Positions 26,651 through 40,233 of a stretch of 64,000 bases of DNA are shown piece after piece. Positions within the stretch are counted from its first letter, which is position 1. Each line of letters starts with the position of its first letter. The notes beneath the pieces were generated by a model. That model was not told the origin of the DNA. It saw only the letters and a program-made list of their open reading frames with translations, and made no database searches. The position numbers and the translations under genes are program-made. Origin of the DNA: Octopus vulgaris (lineage: Eukaryota); assembly GCA_951406725.2 (NCBI GenBank), contig OX597818.1:90458001-90522000 (forward strand), given 5' to 3'.

Positions 26651-27496
26651 CATGTACATATATACGTATGTATGTATACACACACACACACACATATATG
26701 CATACACACGCACACACGTATATGCACACACACACATATATAATTTAATAACAGTTTGACTCAGCTCCATGAAGCTTAAAGTTTCGGAGGATAATATAGC
26801 GAATCTATCTCGCCCTCTAGATAACAGCTTCTCGAGTTAGGCTCGTTCTACGAGGTGACAAAACATTGAGTTGCATGGAACTGTTTCAAATGCTATTAAA
26901 TAAGTTATTTAACTTGTACCAAATGTACTGAGTCCCACTTTTTTTCGTTTGTTTACTCACCCACGTGTTTTCGGTTCAATAGCCCCTATCAGAGTAAGGT
27001 CGGGCAATTGTCGTACTGAGGAATGCTAGTCAACCAGAAACAGTTCTCCACAGCTGTCCTGTTATCTCCAGACGAAAACTCTGTCCATTTTTTTTTCAAC
27101 AGCATGTCTGTTTTAGAGAAATCTTGAATCTTGGGATTATCTTCCTTTCTCAATTGCCATTAGATAGTTTTAATAGATCATAAAGTTTTGTGATATGGTA
27201 ATTGACTTACAGGTATTCGTCTATGTAATACAAATACGAGCTCATATTTTTCTTAGATTATCTGGTTAATGTTCACTAGCAACGCTTATTTTTTTTTTTC
27301 ACATAATTAACTGCATGTGAGCTTAGCACATTTAGACCCACACTGATATCGTTGCCCTCAGTACATATACAAAAATGTAAGACAACTTATCTCTTCCCAC
27401 TCGAGTTTCTCATCGATTACACTTAGAAAAGATAGTGAGTGATTAGTAAAAAACATTTAGGCATATCTTGTACTTTAGAAGAGACTCACGCTCTTA

Positions 27497-27569
<73 letters not shown>

Positions 27570-27710
27570 GCACACATATGCGTGTGATTGTATGTGTGAA
27601 AATGTATTGATGCATATATGTATATAAGTGTGTTTGTGTGTGTGTGTGTGTATGTAAGTTTGTTCTTATACATGCAAACACACAGACACATTATATATAA
27701 TATACATGTC

Positions 27711-27766
<56 letters not shown>

Positions 27767-27784
27767 TGTATTGAATAGATATAT

Positions 27785-28380
27785 ATAAAGTGTTTGGGCT
27801 AAATTTGACTGTTTGCATGAAAAGAAAAATAAAACAATATCCAAAAATAAGAGATTTCTAACGATAAAAAAAATGTGGAATAGATTATGGCTGAGAGATC
27901 ATAGTTTATTCAAAGTAGTCGCCCTCAACTTCCACCACGGCCTTAAGATAACTCTTGAATCTGGCGCATTCGTTCTTCACTCTGTCGATGAGAAGATCTT
28001 CGAGCACCTCGTTGATCTTGGCCAATAGTTAGGTCTTATTTTTTCAAGCAGAGTTGTTGGTGTTCTCAACTGCGCCCCATGGTTTTACAATCGAAGAAAT
28101 TGGGTCTGGTGAAGTAGTAGAAATTCTCCGACAACCACTTATGACTGTTTTCGGACCTATGGCAAGGAGACAAATCCTGCTGTTGGATAAAACACGTGAA
28201 AATAACAGAGAGACGAGACAATTCGCCTCCGATCCCATTTAATAGGGATTTTTGTCGGTAATCAACATTACGTTCCTGAATCGAACCGAGAACGAATCGA
28301 ATCACCTGTCCATGACTTTCAGATGTTTTAGTACCCAGGGCAATATGTGAGTCGTTTCCAAGGTGTTATACACCGGCGAA
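27785..28380 (-). mobile_element. Tc1/mariner-superfamily transposase C-terminal remnant
   Basis: Minus strand reads ..SPDP..D..PWG.. and ..L.AVVEVEGDYFE*. A related terminus CSRFRNRLKAVVEAN.DFIE* lies at about 42755-42820 (+). Confidence 0.65.
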
Positions 28381-28479
28381 CCGGCAAACAAAGCACATAT
28401 ATTGACTATGTGCGGACGATAATGCGCTGATTTTAATTCATTATTGAGTTTAATCCTACTCTACATTGCCGCGGCATAC

Positions 28480-30690
28480 CAGCAAATGGTTTTTAGGTCA
28501 TTTATATGTAGTTATGGACAGACTACACCTCCTCAAGGTCTTGTGTAAGATGTTCTCGGGTCCATCAAAGAAGATGCACTTGGAAAATCTGGGGTCAGAC
28601 ATGCACGCTACATGTTCACTCCAACGCAACTGGAATTTGCTCAGGAAAGCATACACGCTTTGTACGTTAGTCCTCTCTCGAGCACGACTATATGGGGAAT
28701 CATCTTGCTATCTGATGTTAAAACGACTACCGTCATAACCATATATGGTGTCTCATAGGTGAATGTATCATGAAACATTGCGCAAAGCATCAAACTGAAA
28801 AGTGTGAGTACTAGAACAAAACCATGTCTCACCCCGTTAGGAACAACGGAAGGCGCGGAGAATTCTCGATCATTTATGACACGAGCTTGCATGCCATCCT
28901 AAAATTTATGCATCATGTTAATGAATTTGCCTGGGCAACCAAATTTCTTCATTAATTCTCCTAAAGGCCGATTCTGCTTAAAAAGCCCTGATCAGGTCGA
29001 TGAATAAGGTGTAGAGGTCTCGTTTTTGATCCTGACGTTTTTCATGAGGCTGCCTTGTAGCAAAGATGATGTCCGTGGCTCCCACAGGTTTTTCTAAAAC
29101 CACACTGACCTTCATGAAGAAGCCCAGACTTAAGACGTTGTTTGAGCCGATTGAGCATGATCCCTGCCAGGATTTTGCTGTGATGGTCAGCAGTGATATG
29201 TTCCCATGGTTCTTTCACTCTACAATGATTCCTTTTATTTTATAAAGGTGTACAATTCTGGTAGAATTAGACCCTGTTCCCACATTTCCGTTCGCCATGT
29301 CTATAGACCTAAGTAGGAATTTCCTCAGAGGCAGGGTTGAGCATTTCATTGCCAATTGAATTTCACCAAGTGTAATGAAACACTCAATCAATAGTTAGTG
29401 GGCAGCTGATGTAGACGATTTATTGCCTCTGCGTTTATATGAGCGGGACAGTTTAAGAGAGAATCAGTGTTCTGCTCATCACTTTCGTATCAACGATTTC
29501 TTTATCAATAAAATAAGGCCATTCGCGCTGAGCAAGGGGGCTGTTCTTGCTTTTTGAGGTCTATATATAGAATGAATTGTTGTATAAATGCCTTTAATGT
29601 ATTTTATCTCAGCTTCATGATATATTTCCCTAGCTCGTTGCTGAAATCGCTCATTTTCCAAACTGAGAAGTTTTTCTGTAGTAGGTGACAACTCCTTTAT
29701 GCTGATTCATTTCCTTGTGTATTGTTTTCAAGAAACTTTTGCTGTAATTGCTCCTTCCTGCTTAACAATTCTGATATTTCATCGTCATTCTCATCAAACT
29801 ATTCTTTGTGTTTGTGTTCTATTTTCCTTTAGACTTCGAGGGATGATGCATAAACAGTAGTGTGGAATTTCATCCATTTTCCCTCAATGTTATTCACTGT
29901 CTCTAATGAGTGTGTCTATTTATAATCCAGCATAGCACACGTATTCTTGGATCTGAGTTTGTTGAGGTTCAGAGAAGTTTCTATTACTTTTTCATGAGGT
30001 CGTCTTCTCATCTTCAATTTGAGTTTACACTAAGCTTTCATTAGCCGTTGGTCAGTCTATTAATCAGCGCCATATATACACTTGGCAAACACATGGTGTA
30101 CCGACCTTTCTGACAACTAATGATGAAGTCAGTCAAGTGTCAGTGTTTAGACCGGAGGTGCATCCAAGATGTGTGGTTCCCAAGAAGCAGTTTAAGCGTG
30201 GCGTTTTTCAGGAGCAACGGATTCACAGTGCAGAACTGGAGCAAAAATCCATTACTGGAATTGCGAGGGCCAAATTTATTTGTTCTAATTCTGGCATTGA
30301 TGCCTTCCAGTAATATGAGGTTTTCTTTTTGTGGAATGAGAGAAATTAGAGATGAAAACTTTTTGCAGAGTTTCATTTTCAATGCTTGGTCATTAGACGT
30401 CGTCGGGGAAAAGCAGCTCACAAGATTGAGAAAATTATTTCCTTTCGTTGCCAGTCTCAGGATCATACGCCGATAATTTATGGCTTTTGGAAGGACGGTG
30501 ACATTTTGCTAGGCTGTTTTTCACTGAAAAAGCTACACCAGCTTCGTGCTCCTTCTCCTTCTCCTTCTTTGACTGGAGTTTTCCGGACTCTGGAAGTCTT
30601 GTTTCGGTGAGAGTAGCTATGTTAATGTTGTCCCTCGATAATTCTTTACCAACAAGGACTGAGTTTCTTGCAAGCCTTCCTAGTTCGTTG
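28480..30690 (-). mobile_element. RTE/BovB-like LINE, decayed APE and RT
   Basis: ORF fragments LVGKELSR.NI.IA.L.ETRL, SWMHLRSKH (TWMHPRSKH-like), and NGVR.G.VL..TLFS. Confidence 0.88.
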
Positions 30691-30699
30691 TTATATATA

Positions 30700-30870
30700 G
30701 GTGCAGGCGTGGCTGTGTGGCTATGTGGTAAGAAGCTTGCTTCCCGACCACATGGTTCCGTGTTCAGTCCCACTGCCTGGCACCTTGGGCAGGTTTCTTC
30801 TACTATAGCCTCGGGCCAACCAAAACCTTGTAAGTGAATTTAGTTGACGGAAACTGAAAGAAACCCGCAT
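30700..30870 (+). mobile_element. SINE S1, 5' part
   Basis: GGTGCAGGCGTGGCTGTGTG...CACCTTGGGCAGG. Confidence 0.85.
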
Positions 30871-31029
30871 ATATATATAAGCCTGTTGACTAGGAGAACA
30901 CAAACATGGTTTAATCAGTAAGCTTGGCAGGAAAGAAACGTGCCCTTAAGCAGTACGAAAACAACAAAAAATTGAAGGTGCAGTTATGTACAGGTTGACG
31001 GAAGAAAAGCAGGACAAAAACGGCTTTTT

Positions 31030-31190
31030 TCAATCGCATTCTCACCTGGAATCGATTTTTGCAATTTTTTCAAGACTTATACACGCCCTGATACCGTCGG
31101 TATCTACATATCAAATTTGAGCGCAATTGGATGGAGGATGCCCGAGATCCGAGAAGACAAACACACAGACAACGGATTTTATATATATGC
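31030..31190 (-). mobile_element. Non-autonomous Helitron-like terminal fragment
   Basis: Nearly identical to 48606-48765; ends ACAGACA..CGGATTTTATATA, similar to the 47182-47503 terminus. Confidence 0.55.
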
Positions 31191-31258
31191 ACACACACAC
31201 ACAGAGAAAGGTTGGGAGGAAGATGTAAGTAAATAGTTAGATAGACAGACATACAGAC

Positions 31259-31358
<100 letters not shown>

Positions 31359-31900
31359 GATAGATAGATAAATATGTTGGTAGTGTATTAACATCTTTCT
31401 CTCATTTTTTCTCAGTCACTCTCAAATTTTCCTTCCTGCGTTTCTTTTTCTTTAAAAGTATTAAACTGTAATTTCAGTGCTAATGCTCCACATACCAGAA
31501 TTTATTTTGTAACGTGTCCGACACAAGATATACAACTGAAACTGTTTCATCCCTAATTCTCCATATTAGAAAATTAGTCACGTAAGTTCTCAATGCCAAA
31601 TAATGAACGGACTCCATACACTTTTTACGCCAACATAGTTACTCGAGTCTCCACCAAACACTTACCAATATTCACACACACAGGTTGATGCGCACGCACG
31701 CAGCACACATACATACATATACCTATATACTAACACACATACATATACATACATGCTTGTGTGAGTGTATAAGAGAGAGAGGGGTAGCCTTATTAATATA
31801 CTCACATACACACCTACTCATACTCAAGTACAACAATATCATGTTCACATATGCCGACATATACACTAAAGTTAACATATTCTGCCCACACAGACACACA

Positions 31901-31953
<53 letters not shown>

Positions 31954-33548
31954 GCACATTCACAAACACAAATATACACGTACACACAAATAGAGGCTAA
32001 GATAATCACGCACAAGTATATATACAAAGAGCTGTACGAATGTCACTAATTTTCTTCTCATCAAGCGAGTCGTTTGTAAATAAAGATAAAGTCCATTTTT
32101 AAATGACACCTTTTGTTATTTGTAATAAAATATTTAAGTGAATCAGGTGCAGAAAGTTTGTTAATGACAGAGATGAGAAGAGGGTCAAATTACATTAATT
32201 ATTTCATACAGAATATTCGGATCTCTCACAATCTGTAGCATGAGTCCTAATCAACAAGTTACAAGTGTAGCTACATGGTAATAAGTTTGCTTTCCCACCA
32301 CATAGTTCCAGGTTCTGCCACACTGCTTTACACACTGGCCTAGACTATTTTACTTTAGCCTCGAGCTGACGAAAGACTTGTGAGTAATCTTGAACCGAAA
32401 CATACACACGCACACATACACACATACACTCACACACAGACTCACACACACACACACACACACACATACATACATACATACATACATACATACATACATA
32501 CATACATACATACATACATACATACATGATGGCTGCCCTCTCGTTATCGAGTCTGGCTATTGCACGAAGCTTAGCTGTTATTGGTACTGTGATCGAATGT
32601 GACTTTTATTTGCTTTTTAAGGCTACACCCAGACATTCAGTTGAGACTCACAGCACCATCGACAATCATGAACAATGTTGTTATCGTGCAATGCCTGTGC
32701 AGGAAGATTTTTTTTAAAGTGAGGAAAGGCTGTGCACTGAGTCAATCCCACTCACTAAGCAACAGCAGCCATAATCCGAAAAGAAGAACAAGTCAACATC
32801 ATCTCTAACCACTGAGCCGCAGGTTTTATGTCGGAGTTATCCCAGTTACCTGAGTTACCTTCTAGAAGGATGCCCTAACAAAGGCTAGGAGTCCTTCACT
32901 TCCAATGGTTTAACCGCGCGATCGGGTATTCAGTCCGATTATTTCTATGTCCCCGCGCATTATACAGCCTTAAGCCTTAAGAAGAAAAAAATTACACATT
33001 TATTGGATGGCCATTGACTCTCAAGAGTTCCTCCGCCCTTTCACGGGTTTCGTTTTTCATCCCGCAGGGTGTCCAATAAACACCCTCCTCACCAAGCAAG
33101 CTTGGTGGGGTTGCCGTTTTAGTCGCCGACGGCCCGACTATGCAACAGGTTGTAATGGGTTACATGTTACCAGTAGCACTCGAAAGTGACCTGACATAAT
33201 TACGTTACAAGTGTAGCTACATGGTAATAAGTTTGCTTCCCCACCACATGGTTCCAGGTTCTGCCACACTGCTTGACACACTGGCCTAGACTCTTTTACT
33301 TTAGCTCCGAGCTGACAAAAGACTTGTGAGTAATCTTGAACCGAAACATACACACGCACACATACACACACACACACTTACACACATACATACCACTTGC
33401 TAGAGACAGAGCCATCGCTCCAAAACCACCAATTACTCATTATTAAAATATATAAGTTCGTTTAGAATGTCGAGGGAACATTCAATAGTAAAGAACACAC
33501 ACGGCGTAATGTGATGAATATTGCAGAAATATATGTTATAGTGTTATG

Positions 33549-33609
33549 TTCAGCTGATGAGCTTAAAGTCTGATTTTTCATACAGAAAGCGAAATCAATT
33601 GATCCTGAA
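33549..33609 (+). ncRNA. Canonical type I hammerhead ribozyme
   Basis: UUCAG CUGAUGA GCUU..UCUG..CAGA AAGC GAAA UCAAUUGA UC CUGAA. Perfect core, 5-bp stem I, palindromic stem III, AUC site (cut after 33604), followed by AATAAA. Confidence 0.85.
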
Positions 33610-33833
33610 ATAAAGCACTTCCTTACTTTTGTATTCCACGCAAGGTAGCCTGTTTCTGTTATATTTATTGCCTTGGCCGTGTGTATTTTAATAATGAGTA
33701 ATAGATCTGGGAGCGATAGCGATAGCTCTGATTATAGCAAGTGGTATCTAAATACCCTGTTGAATTTGAATTTAGTTTCTATTTTACCTGTAAAGGTTAA
33801 ACTTGCTAGTCACTTTATTATTATTATTATTAC

Positions 33834-33924
<91 letters not shown>

Positions 33925-34399
33925 TATTATTATTATTATTATTATTTATTATCAACGGTAATAGTACTTATTCAATATATATATATACTACCAGTATTAC
34001 TCGGCGTTGCTCGGGATTAAAATGGAATAGTGTTTATATAAAATATTACAGTTATGTTGAAACAGGTGATATGGGAAAGTGCAGCATTGACAACAAAACA
34101 TTTGCGGAGTAAATAATGGGCTAATTCAACTAAGCAACATGCTATGTCTCTGTTTGGAGTATTTCAGGCCCTAACCTCTGGGGAGTATGTGATTTTTGAA
34201 CGCACCAAAAAGCTGTCAGTGGATATACTCCCTTTTGCAGCAATCGGCGCTGTGTCTAACACGACCCATCATCTGAAATGTTGACATCTCCTTCAAGTTT
34301 GTTGTCCTACATCACTCATAAAGTAAATTTGGAGGAACTGTTGTTGTTCATTTGTGGGTAACAGGGAACCAATGAAATGATAGACTTGCCCTTGAATAC

Positions 34400-35100
34400 T
34401 GACGTCGGCATAAATTCATGCTTATCTATCTTCTTAGATGCACCAAACGATGTCATTTGCAGAGTTGTATTGTCTGATATTGCTCAGAAAATCATTTAAA
34501 ATCCTGGAGGTGCCTTGCACTCTTCTTGGAAAAATGCTGAAGACTGGAATGATGATGAAAATTATGCAAAGGCAAGAGATATCGCATATGGACTCAAAGT
34601 GGTAAACGACATTGCGGAAAGAGGCTTGAGACTGATAGAGGAATACTACAAACTGATAACCAATGATAAAGAGCAGAGACAATACCTTCTTCAAATTGTT
34701 AAAAGTTACAGGTCGTCACTCTCAAACAAAAACAAGAAAACATTACTTTTGCTTCACAAGAAAGTTGTTATGATGTGCCTACTGAGGAAACTTACACATG
34801 AAAAAAGTTAACGCGATATACGCTGAACCTCACTACGTACTATAGCCTAGAATGTCATAATTTTTTTTTCAAACTAGGTTAACTAAAGTACATATCAATC
34901 CCATTCCAGCGAAAATATCAACAAAATAATATTTTTGAACACAAAACTTATTTTCAAAGCTTAGTATCAACCTCTAATTTTCTCTTTTTTAATCCCGAAT
35001 TTCGCATACGATGCTTTCTTAGGAATATGAATATAATAGGAGGGTGTCTCCCTGAAAATTAAAACAAAAAATTTTATGCCTTTTTTTTTACATCACCCTA
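34400..35100 (+). mobile_element. hAT (hATm-like) transposase C-terminus and right end
   Basis: LKVVNDIAERGLRLIEEY..LITNDKEQRQYLLQIV; element ends in CACCCTA (TAGGGTG TIR) at 35100. Confidence 0.7.
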
Positions 35101-35124
35101 ATATATATATATATATGTGTGTTA

Positions 35125-35193
<69 letters not shown>

Positions 35194-35464
35194 CATATGT
35201 GTAGTAAAACAGACGATTAGAAAGACATTTTGGTATTATTTATTCACTGTTATCAGTAGTACCAAACTTTTTTCCGATTTCGTGTTTTGAGATATAATTA
35301 CTCTGCAAAAAATATTTTCCATTATTTTTTAACTCTTATGCATACCATAATTGAACGCGACGCATCCATTTCTCCTTATCTTCTCCTTTTTGATGAGACT
35401 CTATACTACTTTCTTCCTCCATCCTTCTCTAATTGCCTTTTCTCCTCTTCTCTTTTCACCGTTT

Positions 35465-35506
<42 letters not shown>

Positions 35507-35787
35507 CCCATCTTTCTGTAGTTGCTCATACGTAACTATTGTCCATCTTTCTTTTCCTGCACAGACGTTCAAAGGACTGGACGTGTTTTTTTCTATCTTT
35601 TCTCTTTCCAAAGAAAGTATTTCTCCCAGCGTTCTCAATTTTCCTCTCGTTCTGGTCTAATGACCCTCCATGTTTGTTTTCGTTCTGTTTCCTTTTATGC
35701 GTCCACTGTCCTGTTTTTGTTCCCAACTTTGACCCTCCATAAATCCTAAATTTTATTTTAGAATCTATGGGAGCAGCTGTGTTTGAA

Positions 35788-35850
35788 GACATATTGTCTT
35801 TGAATGCTCGAAATACGGAGTAGATGCACAGCCGACAACTGATGAAAGAT
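35788..35850 (+). ncRNA. Non-nested hammerhead-like motif (family B), decayed
   Basis: A-UA-UUGUC ... GAAA U.. GAGUAGAUG.. GACAA-CUGAUGA. Stem I perfect, stems II and III eroded. Confidence 0.5.
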
Positions 35851-35952
35851 CCTCTCTCTTTATTTACTTGTCCTATTTTCCATTTTTTTCTCTCGTTGTT
35901 TACGTATTTCATGTTGCTTCAACCGTTGGTAACGTCCTGTACCCATATATGC

Positions 35953-35985
<33 letters not shown>

Positions 35986-36311
35986 CGAGAGGGATGACCA
36001 CGGACAAATTGCGTTAGTAAAATTACGTAATGTGGTGATAGGGAAACGTGTTTGTGATTAATCTATATTTTTGTTACTTTTCATTTGTCTTGCTCGCTTA
36101 CAATCTGGTGTTTCCTAAATTTTCTTGAGAACATTTCTTAGTGGTAAGACCATAGCGGATCTACTTCTAGTATAAGGGTTTTCCACATAGTGGTCATCCC
36201 TCTCATAAGTATGACATACAATTTACTGAACCTTCAGATATTAATATGCTAGACCACTGGTTTTAAATTGATGTTAATCAAATTAACATCCACTTTTCAC
36301 CCTCATTTTAA

Positions 36312-36351
<40 letters not shown>

Positions 36352-36455
36352 ATTCAGGGTGAATACTTGATAATTGTAAGCACCTGTATATGCCATTTAG
36401 TGGTGTAGGTGATAGAGTATATTTATCAAAATAAAAACATGATGCAAAGGATTTA

Positions 36456-36543
36456 GCGGTACATATGTTTCTGGCTTTTATTAGACGGTTTATATCAATA
36501 CATAATTGATGTAATTTGTATGTCAATAGCCTTCTTCAGCCGC
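36456..36543 (-). ncRNA. Type I hammerhead (left arm of palindrome)
   Basis: Mirror copy of 36829-36916. Confidence 0.75.
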
Positions 36544-36828
36544 GTACAATTACTACTCCAAGGACATGTATTACATTAGTTTGGGAAAAAGACGAATTAT
36601 GTTGGGGATGCAAATCCTCATAGTCGTGTACAACAGAGCGAAGCACCAAAACAAAATCGAAGCGTCCATCCCGTTTTTCACTCATGTAGAGTGAAAAACG
36701 GGATGGACGCTTCGATTTTGTTTTGGTGCTTCGCTCTGTTGTACACGACTATGAGGATTTGCATCCCCAACATAATTCGTCTTTTTCCCAAACTAATGTA
36801 ATACATGTCCTTGGAGTAGTAATTGTAC

Positions 36829-36916
36829 GCGGCTGAAGAAGGCTATTGACATACAAATTACATCAATTATACATTGATATAAACCGCCTAATAAAAGCCA
36901 GAAACATATGTACCGC
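36829..36916 (+). ncRNA. Type I hammerhead with long stem II
   Basis: GCGG CUGAAGA a GGCU...AGCC a GAAA CAUAUG UA CCGC. Confidence 0.78.
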
Positions 36917-36945
36917 TAAATCCTTTGCAACATGTTTTTATTTTG

Positions 36946-37032
<87 letters not shown>

Positions 37033-37034
<2 letters not shown>

Positions 37035-37203
37035 CGCAGGAGTGGCTGTGTGGTAAGTTGCTTGCTAACCAACCACATGGTTCCGGGTTCAATCCCACTG
37101 CGTGGCATCTTGGGCAAGTGTCTTCTGCTATAGCTCCGGGCCGACCAATGCCTTGTGAGTGGATTTGGTAGACGGAAACTGAAAGAAGCCTGTCGTATAT
37201 ATG

Positions 37204-37234
<31 letters not shown>

Positions 37235-37458
37235 TGTTTGTGTGTCTGTGTTTGTTCCCCTAGCATTGCTTGACAACCGATGCTGGTGTGTTTACGTCCC
37301 CGTCACTTCGCGGTTCGGCAAAAAGAGACCGATAGAATAAGTACTGGGTTAACAAAAAGAATAAGTCCCGGGGTCGATTTGCACGACTAAAGGCGGTGCT
37401 CCAGCATGGCCGCAGTCAAATGACTGAAACAAGTAAAAAGAGTAAAGAGTAAAAGAGT
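37033..37458 (+). mobile_element. SINE S1, full-length reference copy
   Basis: tRNA-like A/B boxes, CORE-like CTTGGGCAAGT, internal (TA)/(TG) tract, (AGTAAA)n tail. Confidence 0.92.
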
Positions 37459-37546
37459 ATATATATATATAATAATTATTTGAGGGAATATAAATCCTAA
37501 CTTACAGGGGGAAAATTCGATTTAGAAATACTAAATCAAATTTCAC

Positions 37547-37605
<59 letters not shown>

Positions 37606-37610
<5 letters not shown>

Positions 37611-37940
37611 AAATTAGAAAGAACCTTTTATCAATTCAAAATGAACAATTAAATTACACCATGTAGAAAATTACATATAATAGAAATATTAAAATTAAAA
37701 TAATAAAGTACCAATGATTAAGTAAATTGCAAAAAATAATAAAAACGTATATAATTGGTATATATATAAAACCAATTATATACGTTTTTTGTTATTTTTT
37801 GCAATTTACTTAATCATTGGTATTTTATTGTTATTTTAATTTTAATATTTTTAATATTTCTATTATATGTAATTTTCTAGATGGTGTAATTTAATTGTTA
37901 ATTTTGAATAGATAAAAGGAGGCTCTTCCTAATTTCATAT
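37606..37940. repeat. AT-rich palindrome with arms of about 155 bp, between (TA)n tracts
   Basis: AAAAACGTATATAATTGG...CCAATTATATACGTTTTT centre near 37765; arms extend to ATGAAATTAG/CTAATTTCAT. Confidence 0.85.
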
Positions 37941-38060
37941 ATATATATATATATACGTATTTCTATTTTCGAAAATCAGTGAATGTGTTTCACTGAATAT
38001 ATATAAACAAAACTTTCGAACGAAGGACATCAGTGACTCCTGCTGGACTCGGCTGTTTCA

Positions 38061-38096
38061 CATTGATAGGGGGAAATCTACTCCGAAACCGGTCTG
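38061..38096 (+). ncRNA. Degenerate minimal type I hammerhead (U3:A8)
   Basis: CA UUGAUAG GGGG aaaucua CUCC GAAA CGG-type palindrome CCGG UC UG. A9 is replaced by G. Confidence 0.4.
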
Positions 38097-38292
38097 CCAA
38101 GCCAGCAAAGAGAAGTTGATGACCTCCTCTTTTCGAAGGTTGATGGATGCAGGTTCGTGCGTCATCTACCCAGTTGGAGTCGATCGCCTCTCGGAGCTAG
38201 ACAACAGCAGCATTCGTCCTATTCCTATGGACTGCCACGTTAGTTTGGCAATAAAAATTATAAATACACACACACACGCATATATATATGTA

Positions 38293-38392
<100 letters not shown>

Positions 38393-38460
38393 GTATATGT
38401 ATAAACATACATATATATATATCATATATCATATATATATATATATATATATATGTATAT

Positions 38461-38520
<60 letters not shown>

Positions 38521-39174
38521 TCTATGTATATGCCTATTTTCCTCTAATAGGGCAAGTGGTTAACTGACAAACTAAAATGTAATTAGAAGCCATAGAGCTC
38601 TAGCAAGTTTAACCATTAGTCGATTACCAATTAAACTGGTCCGTTTGTAACTATAAAGCATGGTGGGTCGGGTCACCGAGTTGATATTTTTCTATAATTA
38701 CGTTACCGAATTACTACTTGGGTGGGTGCCAGGGATGATGGTAAACTGTGAGAATGTGTATTAATTGGACATTATCGCCAGGATCTTTGTTAGACAGTCA
38801 CTTCACTTGGAGTTGATACTCCATCACCATCATCATCATCATCATCATCATCATTTGCATCACAATCATGATCGTCATCAACATCATCGTTACAGTTATC
38901 ATTCACCATCGTCGTCGTCGTCGTGGTGTTGTCTTGCATTTACAATAAAATGAATATATACAAATTGTGAAAAGACAAAGAAAAATAATATACAATACAA
39001 TACTGTTTCTGCTTCACAGATTTTCACCTGATGCGCGGGCTTTTGGATCGGAACACTCGCGACAGTCGTGGTATTACTTTGTGTCACTCGGTCAGGTCAG
39101 CCTGTCAATTTAACAAAAAAGCAAATACAACTAGCTTAAAGCGCTAGGTTACTCTCTGCATGATTGCATATACA

Positions 39175-40192
39175 CAGGCATGAAAGAAGTAGATACCACA
39201 TAAAAAATCGTTTTATATTTATTTTAAACTTGTAAAAGTTTATATTTTTTATTGACATTTTTGCGTTTCAGGTTCAATATGTAACTTCTTAATCATGCCA
39301 TGTACAAAAGACACCTCGGAACTGAATGGATTTCAAAGAGGCCATATTGTGGGTCAAGCTGAAAGTGGACATAGTGTAAAAACACAAAAAAAAGTTTTGA
39401 TCCCGCTTTTACAGTTAATATAGGGATTATACAATTCACTAGAGAGGAGTAGGAGTCCACATCACCTCAATCAGGTTGACCAGGGCCCTCTTACAGGACC
39501 CTTCCTTTTGTAAAGAGATGTGTAGAGGATAATCCTTGTTGCAATGCCTCTAACATGGCAAAACAAGTTGGTATCAGTCCCGAAACAGCTGTCAGGTATC
39601 TCCACAATCTTGGTTACTATGGCAGAACAGCAAGAAGGAAGCCACTTCTTCGATTAGCCATTATGAAGCGGAGAAAACACTGGGCCAGGGAGATGGTTGA
39701 AAGGCCATTAGCATTTTGAGACACTGTCATATTCTCCAATGGATCCAGATTTGCTCTATTTTCTGAGAGTGGTCGAATGTGGGTATGGAGACTGTGATCA
39801 AGAATTTGATGTGAAAAGATTGCATCCATCAATGAAACACGCCAGCTATTCTGTGATGGCCTGGAAAGCAATGGTCGATAAGAGCTAGTGGAATGTGAGG
39901 GAAACATAAACTCAGATAAATATATGTCTATATTGCAGAAAGTACTTCTTCCAATCTTCTCAAGTGGAGAAATGATTAAAGAAGACTAATTATGGAAGTC
40001 AGAGTTGCTTGTCACACGGCTAAAATAGCCCAAGATTTGCTGGAAGAGAATGGCATTAAAAATGGGATTAAAGATAGCATAAAATGTGCTCTAAATGGAG
40101 GTGTAGTCAAATCCTATTTTATGGATTCAACCATGTTCTAAAATTAGTCGAAAGGTAAGCTACTATAAATCTGCATTAACTTCCCGGACAAC

Positions 40193-40195
<3 letters not shown>
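39175..40195 (+). mobile_element. Decayed Tc1-like transposon
   Basis: Translated fragments ELNGFQRGHIVG, GYYGRTARRKPLL, TVIFS.(E)SRF, GRMWVWR, Y.SILQ..LLP, CHTAK. Confidence 0.8.

Positions 40196-40233
<38 letters not shown>

Larger units (their letters stand above)
36424..36948. repeat. Near-perfect palindrome with arms of about 260 bp, between (TA)n tracts
   Basis: Centre CCCGTTTTTCACTC-ATGTA-GAGTGAAAAACGGG; arms match with few differences. Confidence 0.95.
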
